Of a stretch of 64,000 nucleotides of DNA, positions 50,504-60,408 are shown piece by piece; within the stretch, counting starts at the first letter, position 1; every line of letters begins with the position of its first letter. Origin of the DNA: an uncultured Methylomirabilota bacterium (GTDB lineage Bacteria > Methylomirabilota > Methylomirabilia > Methylomirabilales > 2-02-FULL-66-22). A program made the position numbers and the translations under genes. The DNA lies in assembly GCA_963845565.1 (NCBI GenBank), contig CAWJSJ010000005.1, positions 416,001 through 480,000 of the forward strand, in the 5' to 3' direction. The notes beneath the pieces were generated by a model. That model was not told where the DNA came from. It saw nothing but the letters and a program-made list of their open reading frames with translations, and did not search any database.

Positions 50504-52582
50504 ATGTCCATGACCCTCCGTAGGCTCTTTCGGAACTACCTGAGCTTGGTCGGCGCGATCATCGCCACGTTCAGCTTCCTGCTGGACGTGGTGCTGCTGG
50601 CCATCGACCTCCTGGCGCCGCACCAGAACCCTTACCTCGGCATCGTCACCCACATGATTCTGCCGGGGATCACGCTGAGCGGGATCGGCCTGATCTTCGC
50701 CGGCGCGGTGCTCCAGTTCTGGCGCTTGCGCCGCGGACTCGAGGTGCTGGAGTTTCCACAGCTCAACCTGAACAACGCCCGGCACCGGTGGATCCTGGTC
50801 GGGTCGTTCGTGGTCGTTCTCACATTCCTCGGACTCTCGATAATCGGTGGCTATCACAGCTACCACTATACGGACTCGGTGGCGTTCTGCGGTACGACCT
50901 GCCACGAGGTCATGGAGCCGGAGTATACCGCCTACCAGAACTCCTCTCATGCGCGCGTGGCGTGCGTCTCGTGCCATATCGGACCGGGCGCGGAATGGTA
51001 CGTGCGGTCCAAGATCAACGGCGCCTACCAGGTGTACTCGGTCTTCTTCAACAAATTCTCGCGGCCGATTTCCACGCCTATTCATCAACTGCGCCCCTCC
51101 CAGGACATCTGCGAGCAGTGCCACTGGCCGGCCAAGTTTTGGGGGGAGCAGTTGGCCTCGCGGGTTCACTTTTCCGAGGATGAAAAAAACACTCGGCGTG
51201 AAGTCGACTTGCTCATCAAGACGGGTGGCGGCGGACAGCACGGGCTAAACAAGGGCATCCATTGGCACATGAATATCGCCAACAAGGTGTTCTACGTGGC
51301 CGCGGACGAAAAACGCCAGGTGATTCCCTGGGTCAAGACCGTGGGCCCCAACGGCGAGGTGGTGGAGTATGTGTCCACCGAAAATCCTCTCTCGCCGGAG
51401 CAATTGAAGCAGGCCGAAGTGCGCCAGATGGATTGCATGGACTGTCATAATCGACCCAGCCACCGATACCTTCCTCCAGGTCGGGCATTGGATCCCTCGT
51501 TCCAGGCCGGGAAGATCTCCACCGAGCTTCCCTCCATAAAACGCGTCGCGGTCGAGGCCATGGTGCAGCCCTTCACGACCACGGCGGAGGCCGAGCGAGG
51601 GATCGAGCGGCACATTCGGGACTTTTACGCCAAGGCATATCCGAGTGTTCTCAAGGATTTCGAAGCCAAGCTGCGAGACGCCATTGCGGAGGTGCAGCGG
51701 GTTTACCGGCAGAATTTTTTCCCGCAGATGCGCGTGAACTGGCAGGCGTATCCCGAGAATATCGGTCACAAGGAGTTTCCCGGCTGCTTCCGCTGCCACG
51801 AGGGCAAGCACGTGAGCAAGGACGGTCGGGTCATCCGGAACGACTGTGCGGCCTGCCATGACTTCCTGGAGCGCCGCAAGGGTGGGGCCTTCGTCCGAGC
51901 CGAGGCGACGGCCGCGTTCGCGCATCCCTGGAAGCTGGGAGGAAAGCACGCGGAGGTCCTGTGCGGTACCTGCCACACCGGGGGGCCGATGAAGCCCGCT
52001 ACCTGTCGCGGATGCCACGGCATCGCCGATTCGGGCGCCCCGATGGCTGCCATGCAGTGCAAGGAGTGCCACCTCAAGGAGCAGCAGGTAAAGCCACTGG
52101 CGAGCTGCGCCACCTGCCATCCCGCGGTGGCCGGTCTCCACAAGAAGCAGCCGCACAAGGACGCGGGCTGCGTCGCGTGCCATGCCCCGCACGCATGGTC
52201 GATCGAGGGGCGAGATCGGTGCCTGACCTGCCACGGGGACAGGGCGCAGCACAATCCGGGTCCGCCCTGCGCCCAGTGCCACGACTTCCGGCCGGCGACC
52301 ACGGCCGGAAAAGCGGCCGCGCCTTCGGGGCCGCCGGCAATCGTCTTTCCCGCAGACGCCAACTCGCCGGGCAAGGTCACCTTCGCGCACGCCAAGCACC
52401 TTGCGAAGGGAGCAAAATGCGCCGACTGTCACCCCAAGCTGTTTGCCATGAAGAAGGGCGGCACAAAGCTCGCCATGGACAGTATGGGGGAAGGCAAGAC
52501 CTGCGGGGCATGCCACGACGGGAAGAAGGCCTTCGGCGTCATGGACGGAGAGAAGTGCCTCACCTGCCATAAGGAATCCTGA
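50504..52582 (+). CDS. Membrane-anchored multiheme cytochrome c: NapC/NirT (ImcH-like) core, 7-heme extension and c7-type domain
   Basis: 3 N-terminal TM helices, CGTTCH plus 15 CxxCH, GIHWH, C-terminal VTF.H..H...CADCH...G.TCGACHDG..AF...CLTCH. Confidence 0.9.
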   Translation: MSMTLRRLFRNYLSLVGAIIATFSFLLDVVLLAIDLLAPHQNPYLGIVTHMILPGITLSGIGLIFAGAVLQFWRLRRGLEVLEFPQLNLNNARHRWILVGSFVVVLTFLGLSIIGGYHSYHYTDSVAFCGTTCHEVMEPEYTAYQNSSHARVACVSCHIGPGAEWYVRSKINGAYQVYSVFFNKFSRPISTPIHQLRPSQDICEQCHWPAKFWGEQLASRVHFSEDEKNTRREVDLLIKTGGGGQHGLNKGIHWHMNIANKVFYVAADEKRQVIPWVKTVGPNGEVVEYVSTENPLSPEQLKQAEVRQMDCMDCHNRPSHRYLPPGRALDPSFQAGKISTELPSIKRVAVEAMVQPFTTTAEAERGIERHIRDFYAKAYPSVLKDFEAKLRDAIAEVQRVYRQNFFPQMRVNWQAYPENIGHKEFPGCFRCHEGKHVSKDGRVIRNDCAACHDFLERRKGGAFVRAEATAAFAHPWKLGGKHAEVLCGTCHTGGPMKPATCRGCHGIADSGAPMAAMQCKECHLKEQQVKPLASCATCHPAVAGLHKKQPHKDAGCVACHAPHAWSIEGRDRCLTCHGDRAQHNPGPPCAQCHDFRPATTAGKAAAPSGPPAIVFPADANSPGKVTFAHAKHLAKGAKCADCHPKLFAMKKGGTKLAMDSMGEGKTCGACHDGKKAFGVMDGEKCLTCHKES

Positions 52583-52713
52583 TCTATCGTCGCTCCCGGC
52601 GGCGCGCGGTGCGCCGGGAGCGGCCTGCAGACCGCCTCAGGTTTTTCCTCGATTCGACCGATATCATGTCCGAGAGACGTCCGCACCCTCCCCCTTCACC
52701 CGGAGTGTTCTCG

Positions 52714-53943
52714 ATGGAACTGTTCATCGCCCGACAGCCGATCTTCACCCAACAACAGCAAGTGTATGCCTACGAATTATTGTTTCGATCTGGGACCGCG
52801 AATGCCTTCCCCGAGGTCGATGCCAACCATGCCTCGGCCCGGGTTATGGTGGATAGCTTGTGCACGTTGGGGCTGGAAACACTCACGGGTGGCAAGCGTG
52901 CCTTTATCAACATGACGCGCGACCTTCTGGTGGGCGACTACGCCACCTTGTTGCCCAAGGACGCCGCGGTGATCGAGGTGCTCGAGAGTGTCGCGCCCGA
53001 CGAGAAGGTCGTGGCAGCCTGCCAGCGGCTGAAGGAGGCGGGGTACACCATCGCCCTGGACGATTTCACCGAGAAAGCCGCGATGGCGCCCTTGACGGCG
53101 CTGGCCGACATCATCAAGGTGGACTTCCTTACCACACGGCCGGGGGAGCGGCGGGCGCTGGTGAAGCGGTACGGCCCGCGGGGCGTACGTCTTCTCGCGG
53201 AAAAGGTCGAGACGCCGGCCGCGTTCCAGGAGGCGGTGACCTTCGGGTATCACTATTTCCAGGGCTACTTCTTCGCCAAGCCGGCGGTGCTCCAGACGAA
53301 GGCCGCCCCCGAGTTCCGGTTGACGTATCTCAGCCTGCTCCAGGAGGTCGTGAAGCGCGACGTGGACCTCCGCAAGGTGGCCTCCATCGTCGGTCGGGAC
53401 GTCACCCTCTCCTACAAGCTCCTCCGATATATCAATTCGGCGTACTTCGGTTTGCGGCGCACGATCAGTTCGATCCCGGAGGCACTCGGCCTTCTCGGGG
53501 AGAAGGAGTTGAAACGGTGGGCCGGGTTGCTCAGCCTGGCCTCGCTGGCATCGAACAAGCCGGCCGAACTGGTGGTCGAGGCGGCTCTGCGGGCCCGCTT
53601 CTGCGAGGGGCTCGCCGAAGACACCGGCCTGGTCCAGAACAGCGAAGAGTTGTTCCTGCTGGGGATGTTCTCCTTACTCGACGCGATCCTGGATCGTCCG
53701 CTGGAGGCGCTGCTCCAGGAGTTGCCGATCCCGCCGGCGGTCAAGGCCGCCCTCTTGGGCGGGACGGGCCCGCTGCGGGACGTCTTTGACTGTGTCCTAA
53801 CCTACGTTACCGGAGATTGGGACAACCTCTCCGCCCGAATGGATAAGCTGAATCTCGGCGAGGAAGAGGTACCACGGCGCTACCGCGAGGCCGTCGCCTG
53901 GGCGCAGAAAGTCCTCTCCGTCGAGGCGACCGCGGCCAAGTAG
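52714..53943 (+). CDS. EAL + HDOD domain protein (YuxH/PdeH-like)
   Basis: FIARQPI, YELLFR, ALDDF, LAEKVET, FQGYFF.KP, LLRYINS, GMFSLLD. Confidence 0.9.
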   Translation: MELFIARQPIFTQQQQVYAYELLFRSGTANAFPEVDANHASARVMVDSLCTLGLETLTGGKRAFINMTRDLLVGDYATLLPKDAAVIEVLESVAPDEKVVAACQRLKEAGYTIALDDFTEKAAMAPLTALADIIKVDFLTTRPGERRALVKRYGPRGVRLLAEKVETPAAFQEAVTFGYHYFQGYFFAKPAVLQTKAAPEFRLTYLSLLQEVVKRDVDLRKVASIVGRDVTLSYKLLRYINSAYFGLRRTISSIPEALGLLGEKELKRWAGLLSLASLASNKPAELVVEAALRARFCEGLAEDTGLVQNSEELFLLGMFSLLDAILDRPLEALLQELPIPPAVKAALLGGTGPLRDVFDCVLTYVTGDWDNLSARMDKLNLGEEEVPRRYREAVAWAQKVLSVEATAAK

Positions 53944-54092
53944 GATCCCGTGATTCCCCTCACGGCGCGTGTATCCCCTCCCGGATGCGCTACACTTACC
54001 TGCCAGTGGTCATTCCAACCAAACTCATCCGAGAACGACTAGGCAACCTGTCCCGCATGTGATATGGATGTGCGGTTTCGCGGAGCGACCAC

Positions 54093-55334
54093 ATGCGCGT
54101 CTTCTACGGCTGGATCATCGCGGGGACCATCCTGACGGTCTGGGCCATCTCCATCGGTCCGCGCCAATCGTTCTCCATCTTCCTCCTTCCCTTCATTGAC
54201 GAGTTCGGCGCCAGCCGCAGCGTCATCTCCGGGATCTTCTCGCTGCACATGGCGCTCTACGCCTTGGGCGGGTGGGGCCTCGGCATCCTCGTGGATCGCG
54301 TCGGACCGAAGCGGATCATCGCGTATAGCACCGCGGGGTGGGCGCTCGTCTTGGTTGCGACCGGATGGCTGGAGAGTGTCTGGCAATTGTATGTCGTGTA
54401 TGGCGTCCTCGGGGGCATCGGGACCGGGGGGCTGGCTTACGTGGCGAACAACGCGCTCATCTCGCGCTGGTTCGTTCGCTATCGAGGATTGGCGACCGGC
54501 ATCGCGCAGGCCGGTGTCCCGCTGGGGACCGCGCTCTACGGACCGCTCAGCCAATTAGGGGTCTCCACGCTTGGTTGGCGACATACGCACCTGGCCTTCG
54601 GTCTCGCCATACTGGCCACCGCCATGCCGCTCATCCTGTTCGTCCATCGGGATGATCCGAAGGAGATGGGACTCCGGCCGGACGGCTTGGCGCCGAGGGA
54701 GGGCGCAAACGCGATGTCCGTCGCGCCGCCGGACAGGCCCATCGGGCATGTCGGGCCGGGGCTCCCGCGCGGGTACTGGGTCATCTTCGGCGCCAACTTC
54801 CTCCGGGGGCTGGCGATGTATGCGATCCTCGTGCACCAGGTGGCATACCTGGTGGACGTCGGGTTCAGCCGGATGGCCGCGGCCTCGTTTTTTTCGACGA
54901 GCGCAGTGATCTCCATCGGCGGCGGACTGGCCGCCGGCGCGATCTCGGACCGCATCGGACGGCCCAGGACCTATCTCGGACTCGCCGGGGTTTTTGCTCT
55001 TGGATACGTGAGCCTGCTCCTCACCCGGGACGCAACGCACGTCGTTACGTTGGCGGTGTACATCGTTGCCATCGGCGTGGCCAACGGCGGTGTCGGCCCC
55101 GTCTTCACCTCTTTCTTGACCGATCGACTCCAAGGCCCGCGGCTGGGATTCCTGCTCGGGCTGCAGAACATCGGGTTTGGCGCCGGGGCGACGCTGGGGC
55201 CCTATTTCGCCGGAGCAGCCTTCGACCTCCTGGGCGGATACACCCTCATCTTCCTCCTGATGGCGTGCTCCATCATCGGCTCCTCGGTCATCGTCTCCAC
55301 CGCGGCACGACGCCCATCGGCATCCGGTCGTTGA
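54093..55334 (+). CDS. MFS transporter
   Basis: FYGW, G.L.DR.G.K, RWF...RGLA.G, ISDRIGR; about 12 TM helices. Confidence 0.9.
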   Translation: MRVFYGWIIAGTILTVWAISIGPRQSFSIFLLPFIDEFGASRSVISGIFSLHMALYALGGWGLGILVDRVGPKRIIAYSTAGWALVLVATGWLESVWQLYVVYGVLGGIGTGGLAYVANNALISRWFVRYRGLATGIAQAGVPLGTALYGPLSQLGVSTLGWRHTHLAFGLAILATAMPLILFVHRDDPKEMGLRPDGLAPREGANAMSVAPPDRPIGHVGPGLPRGYWVIFGANFLRGLAMYAILVHQVAYLVDVGFSRMAAASFFSTSAVISIGGGLAAGAISDRIGRPRTYLGLAGVFALGYVSLLLTRDATHVVTLAVYIVAIGVANGGVGPVFTSFLTDRLQGPRLGFLLGLQNIGFGAGATLGPYFAGAAFDLLGGYTLIFLLMACSIIGSSVIVSTAARRPSASGR

Positions 55335-55476
55335 TCCATCCTCCGGCCAGTCGTTTTCACCTCCTGTGGCGCGGACTGGTGAACCACACCCCCGCTCGGC
55401 GTCGTGTTGACCAGGCCGGTGATCTTGTGTAGAGTCCGGATCGGCAATCAGAGGCTACAGGAATCAGGAGCCGACC

Positions 55477-56415
55477 ATGGCGGTGCTGGCAATCGACATC
55501 GGGGGGACGAAGCTTGCGGCGGGTATCGTGGATACCGAGGGACGCATCCTGGCCAGGGGAGAGGTCCCGACGCTCGCCGCGGAAGGGCTCGAACCGGTGC
55601 TCGGTCGCATTGTTGGGCTTGGTCGGGGTCTCCTGTCCCGGCCCGAGGTGGCCGATGTATCCGTCCATCGAGTGGGTGTGGGCTGTGCGGGACCGGTGGA
55701 CCTGAAGGCCGGAATCGTCTTCAATCCGCCGAACCTGCCCGGGTGGTTCCGCGTCCCGCTGATTGACCATCTCCAACAGGCACTCGCCCTGCCGGCTGTC
55801 CTAGAAAACGACGCCAACGCGGCCGCGCTTGGGGAATTCCACTACGGAGCTGGCAGAGGGGCGCAGACCATCGTGTACCTCACCGTCAGCACCGGGATCG
55901 GCGGCGGGATCATCCTAAACGGCAAGGTCTGGCACGGCTTGAAGGATGCCGCGGGCGAGGTCGGTCACATGACGGTCTGTCCTGACGGCCCCCTATGCGG
56001 CTGCGGAAACCGGGGGTGTCTGGAGGCGATGGCCTCCGGTACCTCTATCGCACGCCGGGCCCGGGAGGCGGTTGCCGCCGGCCGCCAGACGGGACTCAGC
56101 GAAATTCCGGCGCTGACCTCTGTGGACGTGGTGCGGTTGGCTCAGGCAGGGGATGTCGTCGCCCGTGAGGTGTGGGACAGCGCCGTGACGTATCTCGGGA
56201 TCGGCGTGGCGGCCGTCATCACGATCTTGGCGCCCGAGCGGATCGTGATCGGGGGCGGCGTCACGCGCGCCGGAGACTTCTTGTTTAAGCCCGTGCGGGA
56301 AGAGGTTCTCCGACGGGTCAAGCTGGTTCCGGTAGAGTCGGTCCCCATTGTTCCCGCCGCACTGGGTCCGGATGTCGGCATCCTGGGGGCCGCGGCAGTG
56401 GCCTTGGATGCCTGA
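55477..56415 (+). CDS. ROK family sugar kinase (glucokinase-like)
   Basis: IDIGGTK, ENDANAAA.GE, STGIGGG, GEVGH, CGCGNRGCLE. Confidence 0.92.
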   Translation: MAVLAIDIGGTKLAAGIVDTEGRILARGEVPTLAAEGLEPVLGRIVGLGRGLLSRPEVADVSVHRVGVGCAGPVDLKAGIVFNPPNLPGWFRVPLIDHLQQALALPAVLENDANAAALGEFHYGAGRGAQTIVYLTVSTGIGGGIILNGKVWHGLKDAAGEVGHMTVCPDGPLCGCGNRGCLEAMASGTSIARRAREAVAAGRQTGLSEIPALTSVDVVRLAQAGDVVAREVWDSAVTYLGIGVAAVITILAPERIVIGGGVTRAGDFLFKPVREEVLRRVKLVPVESVPIVPAALGPDVGILGAAAVALDA

Positions 56416-56441
56416 AACCGACGAACCCTTCCCAGAACAGA

Positions 56442-56473
56442 ACAGGCCAGAGGGGTCATACCCTCCGGCCTGT
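56442..56473. terminator. Hairpin between convergent genes
   Basis: ACAGGCCAGAGGG...CCCTCCGGCCTGT. Confidence 0.55.
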
Positions 56474-56512
56474 CCTCGTTTCCGTCCGATCGCGCAGCTC
56501 GTTACCCGCTAG

Positions 56513-58516
56513 TTAGGTTGCCGCTGTAGGCGACCCAGCCGCAACCCAGACCTTCTTCTTGCGGTACTGAATGATCAGCCCCACGGCCAGGATTGCGACT
56601 CCGATGATATCCGTCAGCAAACCTGGATCGATGAGCATCAGGCCGGCGATGCCGAACAGGATACGCTCGAACCAGTTCATCGGCGCCACGCAGAATCCGA
56701 TCATGGCCGCGCCGATCCCGAACATGCCGCCGAAGGCGGTCACGAGATTCATGGTCAGGAGGTACGGCGTCGTCCCAATCAGCACCATGGCAGGATTCAG
56801 GACGAAAATGTACGGCACGATGAAAGCCCCGATGGCCAACTTCGAGGCGGTGACGCCCGTCCAAAATGGATTGGCCCTGGCGATTCCCGCCCCTGCGTAG
56901 GCCGCGAGGGCCACCGGCGGCGTGATGTCGGCGATGATGCCGAAGTAGAAGACAAAGAGGTGTGCGGCGAGCAGCGGAACCCCGAGCAGGACGAGTGCGG
57001 GCGCGCACATGGTCGCGGTGATGACGTAGTTGGCCGTGGTTGGGACCCCCATGCCCAGGATGAGGGAGGTGATCATCGTGAAGAACATTGTGAGGAGGAG
57101 ATGGCCGCCGGCCAGGTCAATGAGGCCGTTGGCCATCTTCAGCCCAAGGCCGGTCAAGGTCACGACGCCGACGATGATTCCTGCCGTGGCGCAGGCGATA
57201 GCGACCCCCAAGGCGCCGCGAGCCCCCGACTCGAGCGCGTTGACGATATCCGGAATGCTCATCCGCGTGGCCTTCTTGAGCATGCCGGCCACGACCGAGA
57301 GGCCAAGGCCAATGAGAGCGGCATACGCCGGGGTAAAGCCCTCCATCAGGATATAGATGATCGCGATGAGGGGGACGAAGAGGTGGCCGCGCTCCTTCAG
57401 CACCGTCATGACGCGGGGGATCTGTTCCCACGTCTTACCCTTCAGGCCGCAGCGCTTGGCCTCGAAATGGACCTCGATGAAGATGCCGAGGAAATACAGA
57501 CAGGCCGGGATGGCGGCCGCCTTGGCGATATCGACGTAGGGCATGCCGATGAACTCGGCGATGAGGAAGGCCGCCGCCCCCATGATGGGGGGCATGATCT
57601 GGCCGCCGGTGGAGGCCGCGGCCTCGACGGCGCCGGCAAACTCGGGGCGGTAACCGAGTTTCTTCATCATGGGGATGGTGAAGCTTCCGGATCCTACGGT
57701 GTTGGCCACCGAACTTCCCGAGATGGTGCCTTCCAGGGCGGACGTGATGACCGCCACCTTGGCCGGACCACCGGCCGCCCAGCCGGCGATCGCATCGGCG
57801 ATGTCGATGAACAGTTTCCCGATGCCGGTTTTCTCGAGGAACGCGCCGAAGAGGATGAACAGGAAGATGAAGGTGGCGGAGACGCCCAGGGGGATGCCGA
57901 GGATTCCCTCGGTGGTGAAGTACATATGGGAGACGATCCGCTCGATGGAATAGCCACGGTGCGAGAGGAAGCCCGGGAGATACGCGCCGAAGTAGGCGTA
58001 AGCCAGGAAGCCGCTGGCGATCACGACAATGGGGGTGCCGACTACGCGGCGCGCGGCTTCCAGCGTCAAGAGGGTCCCGCAGATGCCGACGACCATATCG
58101 ACTTTCGAATAATCGCCGGCCGTCTCCATCAAGCGGGTATAATTCATGGTCAAATACATTCCGATACACGCGGCAAAGGCCGCAAAGAGATAATCTTGCA
58201 CCCGCAATCGGTTGACGGCGGTCTTGGTGCGGAAGGGGTACAGGAGGAACGTGAGCACGAAGGCAAACGACAGGTGGACGGAGCGCTGGATCTGTGCGGG
58301 GTACGCCCCGAACATGGCGGTGTATAACTGAAAACAGGAGAAGGCGACCGCCAGCCAGTACACAATACGAAACTGGTATCCGGAAAGCTTGCGAAAGGTG
58401 GACTCCTTGTCGACCTTCGCAAGCAGTTTCGTGATCTCTTCCTCGGTTACCTCCGATTTGATATCGGACATGCGCATGACGTCGGGCCGGTCTTTGGGTT
58501 GTTCTTTGTCGCTCAC
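56513..58516 (-). CDS. TAXI-type TRAP fused permease (4TM/12TM)
   Basis: GGPAKVAV, SGS.VAN, EAAASTGGQIMPPIMGAAAF, GMGVPT, ITPPVA; GTGA overlap with the upstream gene. Confidence 0.93.
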   Translation of the reverse strand: MSDKEQPKDRPDVMRMSDIKSEVTEEEITKLLAKVDKESTFRKLSGYQFRIVYWLAVAFSCFQLYTAMFGAYPAQIQRSVHLSFAFVLTFLLYPFRTKTAVNRLRVQDYLFAAFAACIGMYLTMNYTRLMETAGDYSKVDMVVGICGTLLTLEAARRVVGTPIVVIASGFLAYAYFGAYLPGFLSHRGYSIERIVSHMYFTTEGILGIPLGVSATFIFLFILFGAFLEKTGIGKLFIDIADAIAGWAAGGPAKVAVITSALEGTISGSSVANTVGSGSFTIPMMKKLGYRPEFAGAVEAAASTGGQIMPPIMGAAAFLIAEFIGMPYVDIAKAAAIPACLYFLGIFIEVHFEAKRCGLKGKTWEQIPRVMTVLKERGHLFVPLIAIIYILMEGFTPAYAALIGLGLSVVAGMLKKATRMSIPDIVNALESGARGALGVAIACATAGIIVGVVTLTGLGLKMANGLIDLAGGHLLLTMFFTMITSLILGMGVPTTANYVITATMCAPALVLLGVPLLAAHLFVFYFGIIADITPPVALAAYAGAGIARANPFWTGVTASKLAIGAFIVPYIFVLNPAMVLIGTTPYLLTMNLVTAFGGMFGIGAAMIGFCVAPMNWFERILFGIAGLMLIDPGLLTDIIGVAILAVGLIIQYRKKKVWVAAGSPTAAT

Positions 58517-59019
58517 CGGACGCACCTTCCTTTCCAGAGATCAAACCACGAATAGGCCGTCGGACGCAGCGCAACCGCGGTACCGGGCGGGGCGAGATCG
58601 GCCAGATGGATATGCCGGTCTTTCAGTTGGAGCGTGTGGTCGGCCACCCAGCCAATCCGAACCACCACCTCGGGCATTGGCCGGTTGATCGTCCACTCCA
58701 GCCAGCCGTCCTCGGTGACCCGCAGCGTACCTTCGTCCGTCGAAGCCTCCGGCATGCCCGCGCCGAAGGCATCGAAAACGGACTTTACGACAACCAGGTG
58801 ATCGCTGGCAACGCGAATCGTATCGTAAACCGGCCGCCGATTGACCGAGTGGACGAATGCCAGGACGACCTCTTCGCCGACGCGCATCTTTGCGCAGAGC
58901 AACGGCGCAGGAAAATCGGCCCGCGCGACATCGAGAACAAGATATCGTGGCCAAAAAACAAGCGCGGCAAGGGCCGCGCCCATCATGACCACCAGAATAG
59001 CCGTCCATTGTTTCCGCAT
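58513..59019 (-). CDS. DUF1850 domain protein
   Basis: F.HSV, FGAGMP; typical position inside TAXI operons. Confidence 0.85.
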   Translation of the reverse strand: MRKQWTAILVVMMGAALAALVFWPRYLVLDVARADFPAPLLCAKMRVGEEVVLAFVHSVNRRPVYDTIRVASDHLVVVKSVFDAFGAGMPEASTDEGTLRVTEDGWLEWTINRPMPEVVVRIGWVADHTLQLKDRHIHLADLAPPGTAVALRPTAYSWFDLWKGRCVR

Positions 59020-59082
59020 GCCGTCCTACAAAGAAACAGCCGGGCAGCCTTCTAGGCTGCCCGGCCGCGTCAGGCGTTTTCC

Positions 59083-60033
59083 CTACTTCAGGATGCCCTT
59101 TTCCTTGTAGTACTTCTCGGCGCCCGGGTGGAGGGGAATGGAAATACCCGTGGCTGCGCCCTGGAGGCTCAACACCTTGCCCTTGGCATGGGCAGCCGCG
59201 AGTTCGGCCTGATTCTCGAACAACGCTTTGGTAAGATTGTAGACCACATCCGTGCTCAGTTTCGGATGGGCGATCAGGACCGCGTTGACCGCTGCCGTCT
59301 TCACGTCGCTCGTCACGCCTTTGTACGCGTTGGCAGGGATCACGGCGCCTGAGAGGAACGGGTACTTGTTCGTCAAGATGGAGAGCATCGTGTCTGGGAT
59401 GGCGAGGATCTTGATGCTCCGCTGAGTCGCCACGTCCATGATCGCTGAGGTGGGAACGCCGCCGGTGACCATGAAGGCGTCGATGCGCTTATCCTTGAAC
59501 TGATCCGCGCTCTCGGCGAACGACAGGTACTGCGCACTGACGTCGTCCTTGCTCATCTTATGGACATCGAGGAGTTGGCGGTAGTTCGCCTCAGTCCCGC
59601 TACCCGGCGCGCCCACGCCGATCTTCTTCCCACGCAGGCCGGAAAACGAATCGATGTCGAGGTCGCCGCGAACTACGATGTGGATCAGTTCGGGGTACAG
59701 CACGGCAACCCCCGCCATCTTCGTCAGCTTCTCCTTGAACGTCTCTTGGGCTTTGAACGCGAAGTCGATAGTGTCGCTCTGGACCAGCGCCAGCTCGACC
59801 TCATCCTTGTTCATGAGACGCACATTCTCGACCGATGCGCCGGTGGCCTGTGCGGTGACGTTCATGCCAGGGATCTTGGAGTTCCAGATCTTGGACATGG
59901 CCCCGCCATACGGGTAGTAGGTGCCCGCGGTGCCGCCGGTGGCCAGGATCAACTTCGCCTCGCCGGCCATCGCCGCGGAGGCGAGGCCGAGCATCGCCAC
60001 ACACAACGTCAGAACAATCGCTACTTTCTTCAT
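59083..60033 (-). CDS. TAXI family TRAP solute-binding protein
   Basis: ATGGTAGTYYP, GASVEN, VQSD, LYPE, GSGT, PLHPGA.KYY. Confidence 0.93.
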   Translation of the reverse strand: MKKVAIVLTLCVAMLGLASAAMAGEAKLILATGGTAGTYYPYGGAMSKIWNSKIPGMNVTAQATGASVENVRLMNKDEVELALVQSDTIDFAFKAQETFKEKLTKMAGVAVLYPELIHIVVRGDLDIDSFSGLRGKKIGVGAPGSGTEANYRQLLDVHKMSKDDVSAQYLSFAESADQFKDKRIDAFMVTGGVPTSAIMDVATQRSIKILAIPDTMLSILTNKYPFLSGAVIPANAYKGVTSDVKTAAVNAVLIAHPKLSTDVVYNLTKALFENQAELAAAHAKGKVLSLQGAATGISIPLHPGAEKYYKEKGILK

Positions 60034-60225
60034 GGGTGTCCTCCTTTGACATTGAACGGTGGATGGGTGAGGTGTGCTCTCGCCTGAGTGAATATCCCTC
60101 CTCCCGAAGATCGAACAGGAGATAAGAAGTCGCCCAAAACGAGCAGTTCACCCGGCGCCCGCAGCAGCGGAAAGCGTCGAAGACGAATGTCAGTCACGCG
60201 CTTCGTGCTTGGAAGTTCAAGCGTG

Positions 60226-60254
60226 AGCATTGCCCGAATCGGTTGCAGTGTCAA
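60226..60254 (-). promoter_or_regulatory. Putative sigma70 promoter of the TAXI operon
   Basis: TTGACA-N17-AATGCT on the minus strand. Confidence 0.5.
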
Positions 60255-60408
60255 GGGGAAATCCCCGGATGTACTCTTCGATTGTGCTGGCCTTCTTCCC
60301 TCGGTTAGACGCAACTTCTCGGGAGGAAAATTCAACCGGGGATCGACGTTCGACACACCTGATGATCCTGACCTGTCACACCAGGGGGCTTGCCCCCGAT
60401 CCTCGCGG

